Below, piece after piece: positions 1-9,825 of a stretch of 64,000 nt of DNA (within the stretch, counting starts at the first letter, position 1; each line of letters starts with the position of its first letter). Source of the DNA: an uncultured Verrucomicrobiae bacterium (GTDB lineage Bacteria > Verrucomicrobiota > Verrucomicrobiia > Chthoniobacterales > JAATET01); NCBI GenBank assembly GCA_963719495.1, contig CAVRCI010000013.1:384001-448000 (forward strand). Reading direction: 5' to 3'. The translations under genes were made by a program, and so were the position numbers. The notes below the pieces were generated by a model, which did no database searches, had not been told where the DNA came from, and saw only the letters and a program-made list of their open reading frames with translations.

Positions 1-48
1 GCTTCCAGCCCGAAGCCCCCCAACCCGGCGAAGCCGCACTCCCCCCCG

Positions 49-1017
49 CTACATCACCCGATCCACCAACCCCTCCCCCGCCTCGAAACGCCGCAGATTC
101 GCCACGAAATGCTCGACCAGAGCGAGCGTCTCATCCCCCCGCCCGCCCGCGATGTGAGGCGTAACGAAGCAATTCCCCAAAGCCCGCAGCGCATGATTCG
201 CCGGCAGCGGCTCCGGCTCCGTCACGTCCAACCAAGCCGCCCCCAGCGCACCCGACCCCAACGCCGCCCCCAGCGCGTCCTGATCCACCGTTGTCCCCCG
301 CCCGATGTTGTAGAGCACCGCCCCGCGTTTCATCCCACCGATCCGCTTCGCGTCGAAAAACCCGCCCGTTTCCGCGCTCGCCGGCAGGATATTGATCACG
401 TGATCCGCCCGCGCCAATTCCGCGTCGACCTCCCCGGCCGTCTCGACCACCGGCACCCCCTCATCCCCCCGCCGCTTCCGCCGATAAGCCACCACCTCCG
501 CACCGAACGGAACCAATAATTCCGTCAATCGCCGCCCGATCGCGCCGAATCCCAGAATAAGAATCCGGTCCCCGCGCAACGTCCCACAATCCGCCCGTAG
601 CGCCTTCCATTCCTCCGACCCGTTCGCGCACGCGTTCCCGAGGGCCAAGGGCAAAGTCCGCACCTGCGCCAGTATGAATCCCAGCACGTGCACCGCGCAC
701 GCCTCCGCGTAGACCGCCGAGCTGTTCGACACCACCACGCCCGCCGCCTCCATCGCCCCACGAAACTCCGCGTTGTCATACCGAGTGATCCCGGCCGAAC
801 TCAGTTGCACGAACCGCAGCCGATCCGAAGTCACCAGCGCCCCCGCGTCCGGCTGACCGAACACCACCTCCGCCTCGCCCACCCCCGGGTCGACCGCGCC
901 GGCCGCCAGGACCGACGTCGACAACTTCGACCCAAATTGAAGGTCGTGCCCCACCGTCCCGGCCCGCAAAGCCTCCGCCGCCCGCTCCGAAATCTCGAAA
1001 TCCACAAAAATCCGCAT
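49..1017 (-). CDS. D-2-hydroxyacid dehydrogenase (NAD-binding)
   Basis: GFGAIG Rossmann motif, NIGRG, LDVTEPEPLP and TPHIAG motifs typical of the family. Confidence 0.9.
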   Translation of the reverse strand: MRIFVDFEISERAAEALRAGTVGHDLQFGSKLSTSVLAAGAVDPGVGEAEVVFGQPDAGALVTSDRLRFVQLSSAGITRYDNAEFRGAMEAAGVVVSNSSAVYAEACAVHVLGFILAQVRTLPLALGNACANGSEEWKALRADCGTLRGDRILILGFGAIGRRLTELLVPFGAEVVAYRRKRRGDEGVPVVETAGEVDAELARADHVINILPASAETGGFFDAKRIGGMKRGAVLYNIGRGTTVDQDALGAALGSGALGAAWLDVTEPEPLPANHALRALGNCFVTPHIAGGRGDETLALVEHFVANLRRFEAGEGLVDRVM

Positions 1018-1037
1018 CCGCCGCTATAAGCCTCCCC

Positions 1038-1838
1038 TCACCGACGATCAACCCCGACCCGCACCTCCGCCCGCCCTCCGACCCCGGAATCACCCACCCC
1101 CCGCTCGATCAACCTCTGCGCGAACCGAAATTTCCCCATCGCCACGCCCCAAAATTCCCGCCCCGACAGCCCCGCCAACCGCATCACCCGCCCGTGCCCC
1201 ACCCAAACGGCGCCGCACACCATCAAATAAAACGCCATTTCGACCAAACCGATCCCGCGCCGAATCCACGGCGACAGCCCCCGCCGCGTCACCGCCAGAT
1301 GCTCGCACTGAAACTGAATGTGCCGCACCTCCTCCCGCAGAATCCGGTCACAGTCCGCCCGCAGCCGTGGACAATGCGTGATCCGCCGAACCGCCGCGTA
1401 ATAAATCTCCGCCATCGACTCCACCATCACGACCACCGAGGCCCACACCGCGTAATTCGGAATCGCGTATCGGCACGCGCGAAACAATCCGTCACCCAGA
1501 TCCCGCGACTTCCTCGGAATCCCCACCCGGTCCAGCCAATCCCCCAGCGCCGCCCCGTGCCGCTGCTCCTCCTTGATGAAAAGGTCCACCGCCTCCAGAA
1601 ATTCCGCATCCCCGTGCGCCAGGGCGAATTGCCGCGCCGCCGCCCGCAGGTGCCGCCCATCCGAAGTCTCCCCGAGCTGCCACGCCGGCAACGACCCCGC
1701 CAAAGCCCGCCGCACCTCCGTCGGCATGATCCGATCCGCCCCCGGCTTGAAATCCTCGCTCGTCACCGAAAGCGCGTTCTTCCGAAAGTATGCGATCCAC
1801 TCACGCGACGACAGCAGCCGAATCCGGTTCGTTTCCAT
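1038..1838 (-). CDS. Ferritin-like domain protein
   Basis: Two ExxH di-iron-type motifs (EEQRH, EEVRH) in a helical protein; start taken at METNRIR. Confidence 0.7.
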   Translation of the reverse strand: METNRIRLLSSREWIAYFRKNALSVTSEDFKPGADRIMPTEVRRALAGSLPAWQLGETSDGRHLRAAARQFALAHGDAEFLEAVDLFIKEEQRHGAALGDWLDRVGIPRKSRDLGDGLFRACRYAIPNYAVWASVVVMVESMAEIYYAAVRRITHCPRLRADCDRILREEVRHIQFQCEHLAVTRRGLSPWIRRGIGLVEMAFYLMVCGAVWVGHGRVMRLAGLSGREFWGVAMGKFRFAQRLIERGVGDSGVGGRAEVRVGVDRR

Positions 1839-2004
1839 GCGTCGACCCTCCCACCTCCCCATGAACGCCCGACGAACCGACCGTGAAAAGAAGGTGAAAA
1901 ATCGGACTCCATCACCCTTCGAATTCTTTGCGACCTTTGCGACCTTTTGTTCAAAAAGCATCCGCATTGTATTCCTCCCTCCATTACCTTTTGTTCAGAC
2001 CCGC

Positions 2005-2766
2005 ATGCCGCCCGCGATCCACACCGAAAATCTCAGCCGCGTCTTCGACGGCACGCGCGCCGTGGACGACCTCACGCTCTCCGTCGCCCCCGGCACGTTC
2101 TACGGCTTCCTCGGCCCGAACGGAGCCGGCAAGTCGACCACGATCAAAATGCTCACCGGCCTCCTCGCGCCGACCAGCGGCACGATCCAGCTCCTCGGCC
2201 ACGACCTCGCCGACCCCGCCGCCGCCAAGGCCGTCAAATCTCGCATCGGCGTCGTCCCGGAGAACCTCGCGCTCTTCGACAACCTCACCGGCGGCGAATA
2301 CCTCACCTTCGTCGGCCGCATGCACCGCCTCCCCGCCGACACCCTCCGCACCCGCCGCGAAGAGCTCCTCGCCGTCATGCAGCTCGACACCCAGAAGGGC
2401 AAGCTGACCGTCGAATACAGCCACGGCATGAAGAAAAAACTCTCCCTCGCCGCCGCCCTCATCGCCCGTCCCGACCTTCTCTTCCTCGACGAACCCTTCG
2501 AAGGCGTCGACGCCGTGAGTGCCCGCATCCTCCGCGACATGCTCCGCCGAGCCTGCGCCAGAGGAGCCACCGTCTTCGTCACCTCCCACGTCCTCGAGAT
2601 CGTGGAAAAACTCTGCACCACCGTGGGAATCATCGCCCAAGGCAAACTCGTCTACGAAGCCACCATGGAGACCATCGCCGCCACCGGCTCCCTCGAAGAC
2701 CGCTTCCTCGCCGCCGTAGGCGACGAGTCCGCCGACCTCGGTCGCCTCAGCTGGCTGGAGGACTAA
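2005..2766 (+). CDS. ABC transporter ATP-binding protein
   Basis: Walker A GPNGAGKS, signature YSHGM, Walker B LFLDEP. Confidence 0.92.
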   Translation: MPPAIHTENLSRVFDGTRAVDDLTLSVAPGTFYGFLGPNGAGKSTTIKMLTGLLAPTSGTIQLLGHDLADPAAAKAVKSRIGVVPENLALFDNLTGGEYLTFVGRMHRLPADTLRTRREELLAVMQLDTQKGKLTVEYSHGMKKKLSLAAALIARPDLLFLDEPFEGVDAVSARILRDMLRRACARGATVFVTSHVLEIVEKLCTTVGIIAQGKLVYEATMETIAATGSLEDRFLAAVGDESADLGRLSWLED

Positions 2767-2992
2767 AACCCCTGGAACCCGCCGTAGTGGTCGACGTAAG
2801 GAAACCCGACGCCGACGCGATCACCTCGTCCAGCAGAGCGACCAAAGAGTCCTCGAATTGCTTCAATCCCCAAGGCAACCCGCGCCAGCGGGAGCCCAAG
2901 AAATCCCCTTTCACCCCTTTGCGTTCTTCGCGCCCTTCTGTTCAAAAACTGTATTGTATCCCCCTCGCCAGCCTTCCGTTTCAAACCACCCG

Positions 2993-4687
2993 ATGGATAC
3001 CGCCCAATTCCGCACCATTCTCTGGCTCCGCTGGCGGTTGGCCGTCAACCAGTGGACCCGCAACAGCGGCCTCGGCGCCATCGTCGCCACCCTCCTCGGA
3101 GCCGGCGCCACCCTCTCCGCGCTCTCCGCCTTCGCCACCGGCATCCTCGTCGGCTCGACCGCCCTCACCAAAGCCTCCCCCGACATGCTCCTCCTCGTCT
3201 GGGACATCGTCGTCGTCGTGTTCCTCTTCTTCTGGATCATCGGGATCGCCAGCGAGCTTCAGCGCTCCGAGATCGTCGACCTCCCCCGGCTCATGCACCT
3301 GCCGGTCTCCCTGCGCGAAGCCTTCTTCATCAACTACCTCGCGTCCCACGTCACCCTCAGTCTCATCCTCGTCGCCCCCGCCATGGCGGGCCTCGTCGCC
3401 GGCCTCGTCGTCGGCCGCGGTTGGGAATTCGCCCTCATCGCGCTCCCCGCGTTCGGCCTCCTCTTCGCCGTCACCGCCTGGACCTACTGCCTCCGCGGCT
3501 GGCTCTCCGCCCTCATGATCAACGCCCGGCGCAAACGCTCCGTCATCGTCTGGGTCACCGTCGCCGTCATGCTCGTCGCGCAGGCGCCCAATCTCTACTT
3601 CAACCTCATGCGCGACCCCGACGCCGCCCCGACGTCCTGGGCCGGTGAGGCCAGCCTCCCGGCCACGCTCGAGACCGCCCACCGCTTCGCCCCGCCCCTC
3701 TGGGTCGGATTCTCCGCCCGCTCCATCGCGTCGGCCGAAGTCAACGTCCTCCCCGCCCTTTTCGCCGGCGGAAGCCTCTTCCTCCTCGCCCTCCTCGGCT
3801 TCAACCAAGCCTACCGCTCCACGGCCCGCTTCTACGCCGGCTCCAACGACGGTTCCAAAAAATCCAACCCCCGCGCCGCCTCCGAATCCGTCGCCTTCCT
3901 CGAACGCACCCTCCCCGGCGTCACCGACGAAGTCGCCGCCATCGCCACCGCCACCCTCCGTTGCATCGGTCGCGCCCCCGAGCTCAAGATGGCCCTCGGC
4001 AGCGCCGCCGCCATGGTCGTCATCTTCGCCATCCTCTTCCTGCGACCCGGCCCCGAGGTCCTGCCCGATTCCCTGCGCCCCTGGTCCCTCTTCGGCGGCA
4101 TCACGCTCGCGCTCATGATCGTCAATCAGCTCTACGCCAACCAATTCGGAGCCGACCGCGACGGCTTCCGCACCTTCGTCCTCTCGCCCCTCGCCGGACG
4201 CGACATCCTCCTGGGCAAAAACCTCGCCCTCTTCCCGCTCGTCCTCGGACTCGTCGCGACCCTGCTCGGCCTCCTCGCCCTCGTCTGGGACGTCACGCCG
4301 CTCGCCCTCGTCGAGGCCTTGTTCCAAGGCGCCGCCGCGACCCTGCTCGTGCTCGTCGCCGGCAACGCCACGTCGATCTACCTCCCCTACCACGTCCAAC
4401 CCGGCACCCTCAAACCCTCCCAGACCTCCCCCCAGGTCATGGTCGCCCTGCTCGTTTTCACCTTCACCCTTCCCATCCTCCTCCTCCCGGTCGCCGCCCC
4501 CCTCATCGCCGAAACCCTGGCCGGCGTCATCCTCGGCCGACCCGCCCCCTGGATCGGCATCATCGGCTCGCCCTTGATCCTCCTGATCGTCGCCGCCCTC
4601 TACTGGCTCACCCTCACCCCACTCGGAAACGCCCTCGAGCAACGCCAGCTCAAGATCCTCCAAGCGGTCACAAGGGCCGTCGAGTGA
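2993..4687 (+). CDS. ABC exporter permease (multi-pass membrane protein)
   Basis: Many hydrophobic helices; follows the ATPase; 'ILLGKNLA' ABC-2-type motif. Confidence 0.75.
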   Translation: MDTAQFRTILWLRWRLAVNQWTRNSGLGAIVATLLGAGATLSALSAFATGILVGSTALTKASPDMLLLVWDIVVVVFLFFWIIGIASELQRSEIVDLPRLMHLPVSLREAFFINYLASHVTLSLILVAPAMAGLVAGLVVGRGWEFALIALPAFGLLFAVTAWTYCLRGWLSALMINARRKRSVIVWVTVAVMLVAQAPNLYFNLMRDPDAAPTSWAGEASLPATLETAHRFAPPLWVGFSARSIASAEVNVLPALFAGGSLFLLALLGFNQAYRSTARFYAGSNDGSKKSNPRAASESVAFLERTLPGVTDEVAAIATATLRCIGRAPELKMALGSAAAMVVIFAILFLRPGPEVLPDSLRPWSLFGGITLALMIVNQLYANQFGADRDGFRTFVLSPLAGRDILLGKNLALFPLVLGLVATLLGLLALVWDVTPLALVEALFQGAAATLLVLVAGNATSIYLPYHVQPGTLKPSQTSPQVMVALLVFTFTLPILLLPVAAPLIAETLAGVILGRPAPWIGIIGSPLILLIVAALYWLTLTPLGNALEQRQLKILQAVTRAVE

Positions 4688-4799
4688 GGATCTTCCAGAG
4701 CATCAACTCAAGGGGCGCAAGCCCTCGTTCGCAAACGGGGTGAGGACGTCTCGTCCTCACAACCCTGAATCGAGAAGGCGGGACGCCCTCCCCCCCTCC

Positions 4800-6509
4800 C
4801 TAATTCGAAACGAACACCGCCATCTTCCGGCCCTTGAACTTCAACCCGTTGCACTCCGCGATCACGTCCTGCACCGCTTCGTCCGCGACGTCGACCGTCG
4901 TGTGTTTCTCCGCCAGCACGATCGCCCCGATCTTCTCTTTGCCGAAGCTCGTCTGCCCCGTGATCATCCCGACGATGTCCGCCGGACGCATGCTGCTCAA
5001 CTTCCCGGCCATGAACACCAACCGCGTCATCCCCGCCTCGACCGCCTCGTCGGCCCGCCCGCGCGGTCCCCGCGCCGGGCGCGAATCCCGGTCGCCGTAG
5101 CTGCCCCGGTCGTCCCGGTCCCGCGGACCCCGGGATTTTCGATCACCCCGATCCCCCCGGTCACCCCGATCCTGATACTCGCGGCCCATCGGAATGTCCT
5201 CGTTGGCCGCCCCCGATTTCGTCTCGGCGACCAGCAGATGCAAAGCCGCGCTCGCGATGTCGGTCGGCGAGAAATCCTGACTCAACAACCGGTCGATCAG
5301 ATCCTCCTGCTTCGGAAAATCCCCCTTCTCGAGCGTCTCGCGCAATGATTCGAACGTCACGTTCGCCCGCTTCTCCTCGAGTTGCTCGAGGGTCGGCACC
5401 CGCTCGCGACGGATCTTGCCGCCAGTGTATCGGATCATGCTCTCGAGCTTCCGCACCTCCCGCCCAGCCACGAACGTGATGGCCCGCCCACTGCGACCCG
5501 CCCGGCCCGTCCGACCGATGCGGTGAACGTAATCCTCGCCGTCGTGCGGCAGGTCATAGTTGAACACGACCTCGATGTCGTCCACGTCGAGGCCGCGAGC
5601 CGCCACGTCCGTGGCGACCAGGAATTCGATCCGGTGCTCCTTGAACCGTTTCATCACCCGCTCGCGCGCCGATTGCGTGATGTCGCCGTGCAATTTGTCC
5701 GCGACGTATCCCCGCGCCGCCAGGTGCTCGGTGAGCTGATCGCACATCATCTTCGTCGCGCAGAAAACGATCGAACACCTCACGTCTTCGAGATCGATGA
5801 TCCGGCACAGCGCCTCGAGCTTCGAGCGGCGGTCGACTTCGTAATAAATTTGATCGATGTCCGGAGCGGTCGTCCCCTTCGACTCGATCCGCAGCATCAC
5901 CGGATCGTTCGTGTAGCGTTTGACGAGTTCCTGAATCCCCCGCGGCATCGTCGCCGAGAAGAAAACCGTCTGCCGATCCTCCGGCGTTTGGTCGAGAATA
6001 GTTTGAATGTCGTCGCGGAAGCCCATGTCGAGCATCCGGTCGGCCTCGTCGAGCACCATGGTGGACAGTTGATCCAGCTTGAGCGTCCCGCGATCCAGGT
6101 GATCCATCACTCGCCCCGGCGTGCCAATGATGATCTGCGCCCCATCGCGAAGGCCGCGATTCTGCCGCTCATACGAGGCGCCACCGTAAATCGGCAGCTC
6201 GCTCACGCCGCGCTTGCCGGCGGCGAGTTTCGCCACTTCCTCGGCGACCTGCACCGCAAGCTCCCGCGTCGGGCACAGGATCAAAGCCTGCGGCACCTTG
6301 TTCGCCGCGTCCACGCGCTCGATCACCGGGATCGCGAATGCCGCCGTCTTGCCGGAGCCGGTCTGCGATTGCCCCACCACGTCGCGTCCCTCGAGCAAAA
6401 TTGGGATCGCCTCCGTCTGAATGGGCGAAGCCTCCTCGAACCCCATCTTCTCCACCGCCTTGAGCACCTCGGGCGAAAGACCCAGCTCCGAAAATTTCTT
6501 CTTCTCCAT
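4800..6509 (-). CDS. DEAD-box RNA helicase (DeaD/CsdA-like, C-terminal DbpA-type RNA-binding domain)
   Basis: Q motif, GSGKT, PTRELA, DEAD, SAT and HRIGRTGR motifs. Confidence 0.93.
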   Translation of the reverse strand: MEKKKFSELGLSPEVLKAVEKMGFEEASPIQTEAIPILLEGRDVVGQSQTGSGKTAAFAIPVIERVDAANKVPQALILCPTRELAVQVAEEVAKLAAGKRGVSELPIYGGASYERQNRGLRDGAQIIIGTPGRVMDHLDRGTLKLDQLSTMVLDEADRMLDMGFRDDIQTILDQTPEDRQTVFFSATMPRGIQELVKRYTNDPVMLRIESKGTTAPDIDQIYYEVDRRSKLEALCRIIDLEDVRCSIVFCATKMMCDQLTEHLAARGYVADKLHGDITQSARERVMKRFKEHRIEFLVATDVAARGLDVDDIEVVFNYDLPHDGEDYVHRIGRTGRAGRSGRAITFVAGREVRKLESMIRYTGGKIRRERVPTLEQLEEKRANVTFESLRETLEKGDFPKQEDLIDRLLSQDFSPTDIASAALHLLVAETKSGAANEDIPMGREYQDRGDRGDRGDRKSRGPRDRDDRGSYGDRDSRPARGPRGRADEAVEAGMTRLVFMAGKLSSMRPADIVGMITGQTSFGKEKIGAIVLAEKHTTVDVADEAVQDVIAECNGLKFKGRKMAVFVSN

Positions 6510-6627
6510 CGCAGCTTGTAGGCAGGTCCCCCAGGCCACGGCGAGCAAGAAGGCGTCTTCGTATGAGGGAGTCCCCTTATACCCGGCTCGGGTGGCGGCT
6601 TCCGCCCAATCCCGACATCCTGCCCCC

Positions 6628-7080
6628 ATGACCAACGACGAAATCCTCAAAGTTCTCGATGACCTCACCCAGACCGCCAAAGACGGGGCGGAAGGCTACC
6701 GACTCGCCGCCGATTCGACCGAAGACGCCGATCTCTCGGCGATCTTCACGACCTTCAGCTCCCGGCGCCAGGCCTTCGTCTCCGAACTCCAGGGCCTCTC
6801 CGCCGGATTTGGCGGCGACCCGTCGGCATCCTCCAGTGTCGTTGCCACGCTCCACCGTGGCTGGATCAACCTCAAGCAGGCCATCAGCTCCAACGACCGC
6901 GCCGCCATCCTCGCCGAGTGCCAGCGAGGCGACGAACACGCCGTGGAATCCTACAGCGACGCCCTCGACACGCCACTACCCATGTCGATTCTGGAGATCC
7001 TGCGCTCGCAGCTCGCCCTCATCAACGAAACACTGCAAAAGATCACCCACCTCGCCGACCTGGGTCGCGAAGCGAGCTGA
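6628..7080 (+). CDS. PA2169/DUF2383-family four-helix-bundle protein
   Basis: DGAEGY, LHRGWINLK and ECQRGDEHAVESY motifs. Confidence 0.8.
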   Translation: MTNDEILKVLDDLTQTAKDGAEGYRLAADSTEDADLSAIFTTFSSRRQAFVSELQGLSAGFGGDPSASSSVVATLHRGWINLKQAISSNDRAAILAECQRGDEHAVESYSDALDTPLPMSILEILRSQLALINETLQKITHLADLGREAS

Positions 7081-7238
7081 CCTCGGGATCCGCTGGAACA
7101 TCTTCAACTGTTCCAGACGATTCGATCAGCCAAACGGGGGGAGGGCGTCCCGCCCTCCCGATCCAAACCCGAGGACGAGACGTCCTCGCCCCGTTTTCAT
7201 CGGCTCCCGCGGAGACCGCCAGATCCTCTAGAAATGCT

Positions 7239-7757
7239 CTAAGCCGCAATCGGAGCGGACTCGACGCGCAGCGACTCGGCGACGCCACCAAACTTCGGAT
7301 AAACGAACCTCGCCGCCGGCGATACGGTCGGAATCAGGCCCCGTGCGACCTCCAATCCCTCATCCCGCAACCGGCTGAGCGACGCCTGCAGTAGGACCGA
7401 TCCGATGCCGCGGCTGCGGTATTCGTGCAGGACGCTGGGGCCGGTCAGCAGATGATTCGCGGCGTCGGGTGCCGCACTCAGCAACGAAGCCGCAATGATC
7501 CGCGCCCCGTGCTGGATCACGATGCAAAGCGCGGGATCGACCGAAAACGCCGTCGCGCACTTCGCCTCCAAACCCTCGAGGTAAACGCGGGAATCCTCGC
7601 TCCACCCCAAATCCTGCGAAAACGCAGTCAGAATCGTCCGGGCAACCACCGACGCCTCGTCCGGCTCCGCTCCGCGGATCGTGAACGGATCGAGCGAAGG
7701 CTCGGTCGCCGGTAAGTCCGCCAATCGCCAGCGGAAAGTTTTCCAATTATCGCGCAT
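7239..7757 (-). CDS. GNAT family N-acetyltransferase
   Basis: Acetyl-CoA-binding motif YRSRGIGSVLL. Confidence 0.75.
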   Translation of the reverse strand: MRDNWKTFRWRLADLPATEPSLDPFTIRGAEPDEASVVARTILTAFSQDLGWSEDSRVYLEGLEAKCATAFSVDPALCIVIQHGARIIAASLLSAAPDAANHLLTGPSVLHEYRSRGIGSVLLQASLSRLRDEGLEVARGLIPTVSPAARFVYPKFGGVAESLRVESAPIAA

Positions 7758-7814
7758 TCATCCGTGCGCGGTCGCCTTCTTCGATCCCCACCCGGATCGC
7801 CGGCGTCCGCGTTG

Positions 7815-7904
7815 CTAGGAGACGTCCTCGTCGTTGCGGCAGACCCACCACACACACCCGAGCAGAGTGCTCGCCATCACCGTAAACGCCGTCAAAGTAA
7901 ACAT
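7815..7904 (-). CDS. Putative 29-aa single-pass membrane microprotein (MFTLTAFTVMASTLLGCVWWVCRNDEDVS)
   Basis: ATG..TAG small ORF read by hand (below the ORF-track size cutoff); hydrophobic helix plus charged tail; TTGACG -35-like hexamer at 7937-7942. Confidence 0.4.
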   Translation of the reverse strand: MFTLTAFTVMASTLLGCVWWVCRNDEDVS

Positions 7905-7982
7905 AATCGCAGGCAGACTCTTGATTCTCCGCGCCCCGTCAAACTTATTTGCATTAACGCGACAACAAATTCGCCGAAACGT

Positions 7983-8432
7983 TCAGATTTCGATGCCAAA
8001 AAAATCACGGAGCACCTCGCGATACACCCCGCGCTTGAACTCCGGCACCCATTCGAGCCGGAATTCCCCCGGCTCGATCCACCGCACCGCCCGGAACTCC
8101 GGCGTCTCCGGATCCCTCATAATTCGCGCCTCGTTTCCCACCAGCTCCGCCAGAAAATAAGTCTGCTCCTGCCCGCCAAACCCATGCTTCGTCCGCCCCC
8201 CCGCAAACTCGTAGCGGTAGGGCCCCTTCCGATCCACCACCCGGTAATCCGCCGCACCGAGCGAGATTTCCTCCCGCACCTCCCGCTCCAGCGCCACCTC
8301 CACCGACTCCCCCGCGTCGACGCCGCCCTGCGGAAACTGCCACGCCCCCGCCACGTCGATCCGCTCGCCAATGAGAATCCTCCCCTCGGCATCGCGTAAT
8401 ATGAGCGCCACGTTCGGTCGGTATCGGATCAT
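7983..8432 (-). CDS. NUDIX hydrolase, RppH/Ap4A-hydrolase-like
   Basis: YRPNV start, WQFPQGG...ALEREVREE Nudix box, FKRGVY C-terminal motif. Confidence 0.85.
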   Translation of the reverse strand: MIRYRPNVALILRDAEGRILIGERIDVAGAWQFPQGGVDAGESVEVALEREVREEISLGAADYRVVDRKGPYRYEFAGGRTKHGFGGQEQTYFLAELVGNEARIMRDPETPEFRAVRWIEPGEFRLEWVPEFKRGVYREVLRDFFGIEI

Positions 8433-8485
8433 TGACCGAGTGTTGAACAAAAACGCCCACACCAGCAAACCAATCACCCCTTCAA

Positions 8486-8508
8486 GGAGCGGCGATTTGC
8501 AATCGCCG
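8486..8508 (+). repeat. REP-like palindrome family GGAG-CGGCGATTTGCAATCGCCG (copies also at 27869-27891 and 39806-39828)
   Basis: Near-identical intergenic hairpins preceded by GGAG. Confidence 0.8.
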
Positions 8509-8567
8509 ACCCAACCCAAGTGGCGAAGCCACCACTTCCCCAGCGAGAAGCGCCCCCAATAAAACCT

Positions 8568-8593
8568 GTCATGCTGAGCGAAGCGAAGCATCT
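8568..8593 (+). repeat. Dispersed intergenic repeat GTCATnCTGAGCGAAGCGAAG (copies at ~11378, 13234, 22048, 30918, 44356, 58634; reverse copies at ~22280, 30990, 59002)
   Basis: About ten similar copies read directly, almost all intergenic or at gene 3' ends. Confidence 0.85.
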
Positions 8594-8657
8594 CTGGCTT
8601 CTCACCTCACCCGCAACCAGCTACGAGCCACCCACCACCACCACCTCACCCACCACC

Positions 8658-9155
8658 ATGACCCGCAAAACCATCCTCCTCGCCGCCTCCATCCTCGCAC
8701 TCCTCGCCGCAGCGTGGTGCGTCTTCGAATTCCAACCCCGCCGTCAGATCCAAAAGGCCACCGAACGTCTCCTCACCGACGTCGAGAACCGCGATTGGGA
8801 CGACGTCCGCGACACCCTCTCGCCCGACTACGCCGACGCCTGGGGCCTCGATCGCTCCGGCATCATCGAACTCGCCTCCCAGGGCTTCAGCCAATTTTTC
8901 TACCTCGAAATCACCCCCACCGACTGGCAAATCGCCCTCACCGGCGACGACTCACCCCGCGCCACGGTCAGCGTGAAACTCGCCTTCCAAGGGAACGGCA
9001 CCGGCCTCGCCCAGCTCGCCCTCGGTCGCCTCCAAGCCATCGACGAGCCCTTCGTCTTCCACTGGCGCAAGGAAAGCTGGCAACCGTGGTCGTGGCATTT
9101 ATATTCCGCCGGACAGCCGGAACTTCGCCTCTCGCGTGACCTGCTGCCACTCTGA
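8658..9155 (+). CDS. Hypothetical membrane-anchored protein (possible NTF2/SnoaL-like fold)
   Basis: N-terminal hydrophobic helix; LSPDYADAWG motif; codon usage typical of the genome. Confidence 0.6.
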   Translation: MTRKTILLAASILALLAAAWCVFEFQPRRQIQKATERLLTDVENRDWDDVRDTLSPDYADAWGLDRSGIIELASQGFSQFFYLEITPTDWQIALTGDDSPRATVSVKLAFQGNGTGLAQLALGRLQAIDEPFVFHWRKESWQPWSWHLYSAGQPELRLSRDLLPL

Positions 9156-9162
9156 TCCGACC

Positions 9163-9825
9163 ATGATCCGCCGACTCCTGATCCCGTCCGCCGTCCTCCT
9201 CAGCGTTGCGATTCAATCCGCGAGCGCCCAGATCCCCGGCGGCAACCCACCCACGCCCACCCCCACCCCCGAAGGCCAGGACGACACGCCCGAGCCCACG
9301 AATTACGACACGATCACCTACTGGAAGGCCGACCTCCCCGGTGGCACCTACCTCGTCGCCCACGACTCGATCAACTCCGTCAGCTCCCAGGAATACGTCC
9401 TCGATGGCGCCGCCCGCGTCACCGAGGTGAACGTCAGCACCTCCGGCGTCTTCCAGCCCCGTTTCTACTTCATCGAGCCCATCAGCGCCCCCGGCCCCGT
9501 CGGCCAGACCGCCGAGCGCGCCCTCACCGCCGCCCAGGCCGCCGCCACCCGCGTCATCCCCGGCGATCCCATCTGGGCCAAGGTCATCAAGGAATATCCG
9601 ACCACCACCCACTCGGGCACCATCGAATACCGCCTCGAAACCAAGGCCCAACTCGAAGCCCTTCACACGAGCCTCGAAGACTCCTGGCTCAAGGGGCGCA
9701 GCATCGTTTTCACCCCCGCCGGCTCCTCGGAATTCGACACGGAGAAAAAGTCCGACGACGACTCCGAAGACGGCGATTCCGAAGACGATTCGACCGATCC
9801 TTCGATCGGTCCCATGAACCCATGA
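9163..9825 (+). CDS. Hypothetical exported protein
   Basis: Signal peptide-like N-terminus, acidic tail; ATGA overlap with purF. Confidence 0.7.
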   Translation: MIRRLLIPSAVLLSVAIQSASAQIPGGNPPTPTPTPEGQDDTPEPTNYDTITYWKADLPGGTYLVAHDSINSVSSQEYVLDGAARVTEVNVSTSGVFQPRFYFIEPISAPGPVGQTAERALTAAQAAATRVIPGDPIWAKVIKEYPTTTHSGTIEYRLETKAQLEALHTSLEDSWLKGRSIVFTPAGSSEFDTEKKSDDDSEDGDSEDDSTDPSIGPMNP

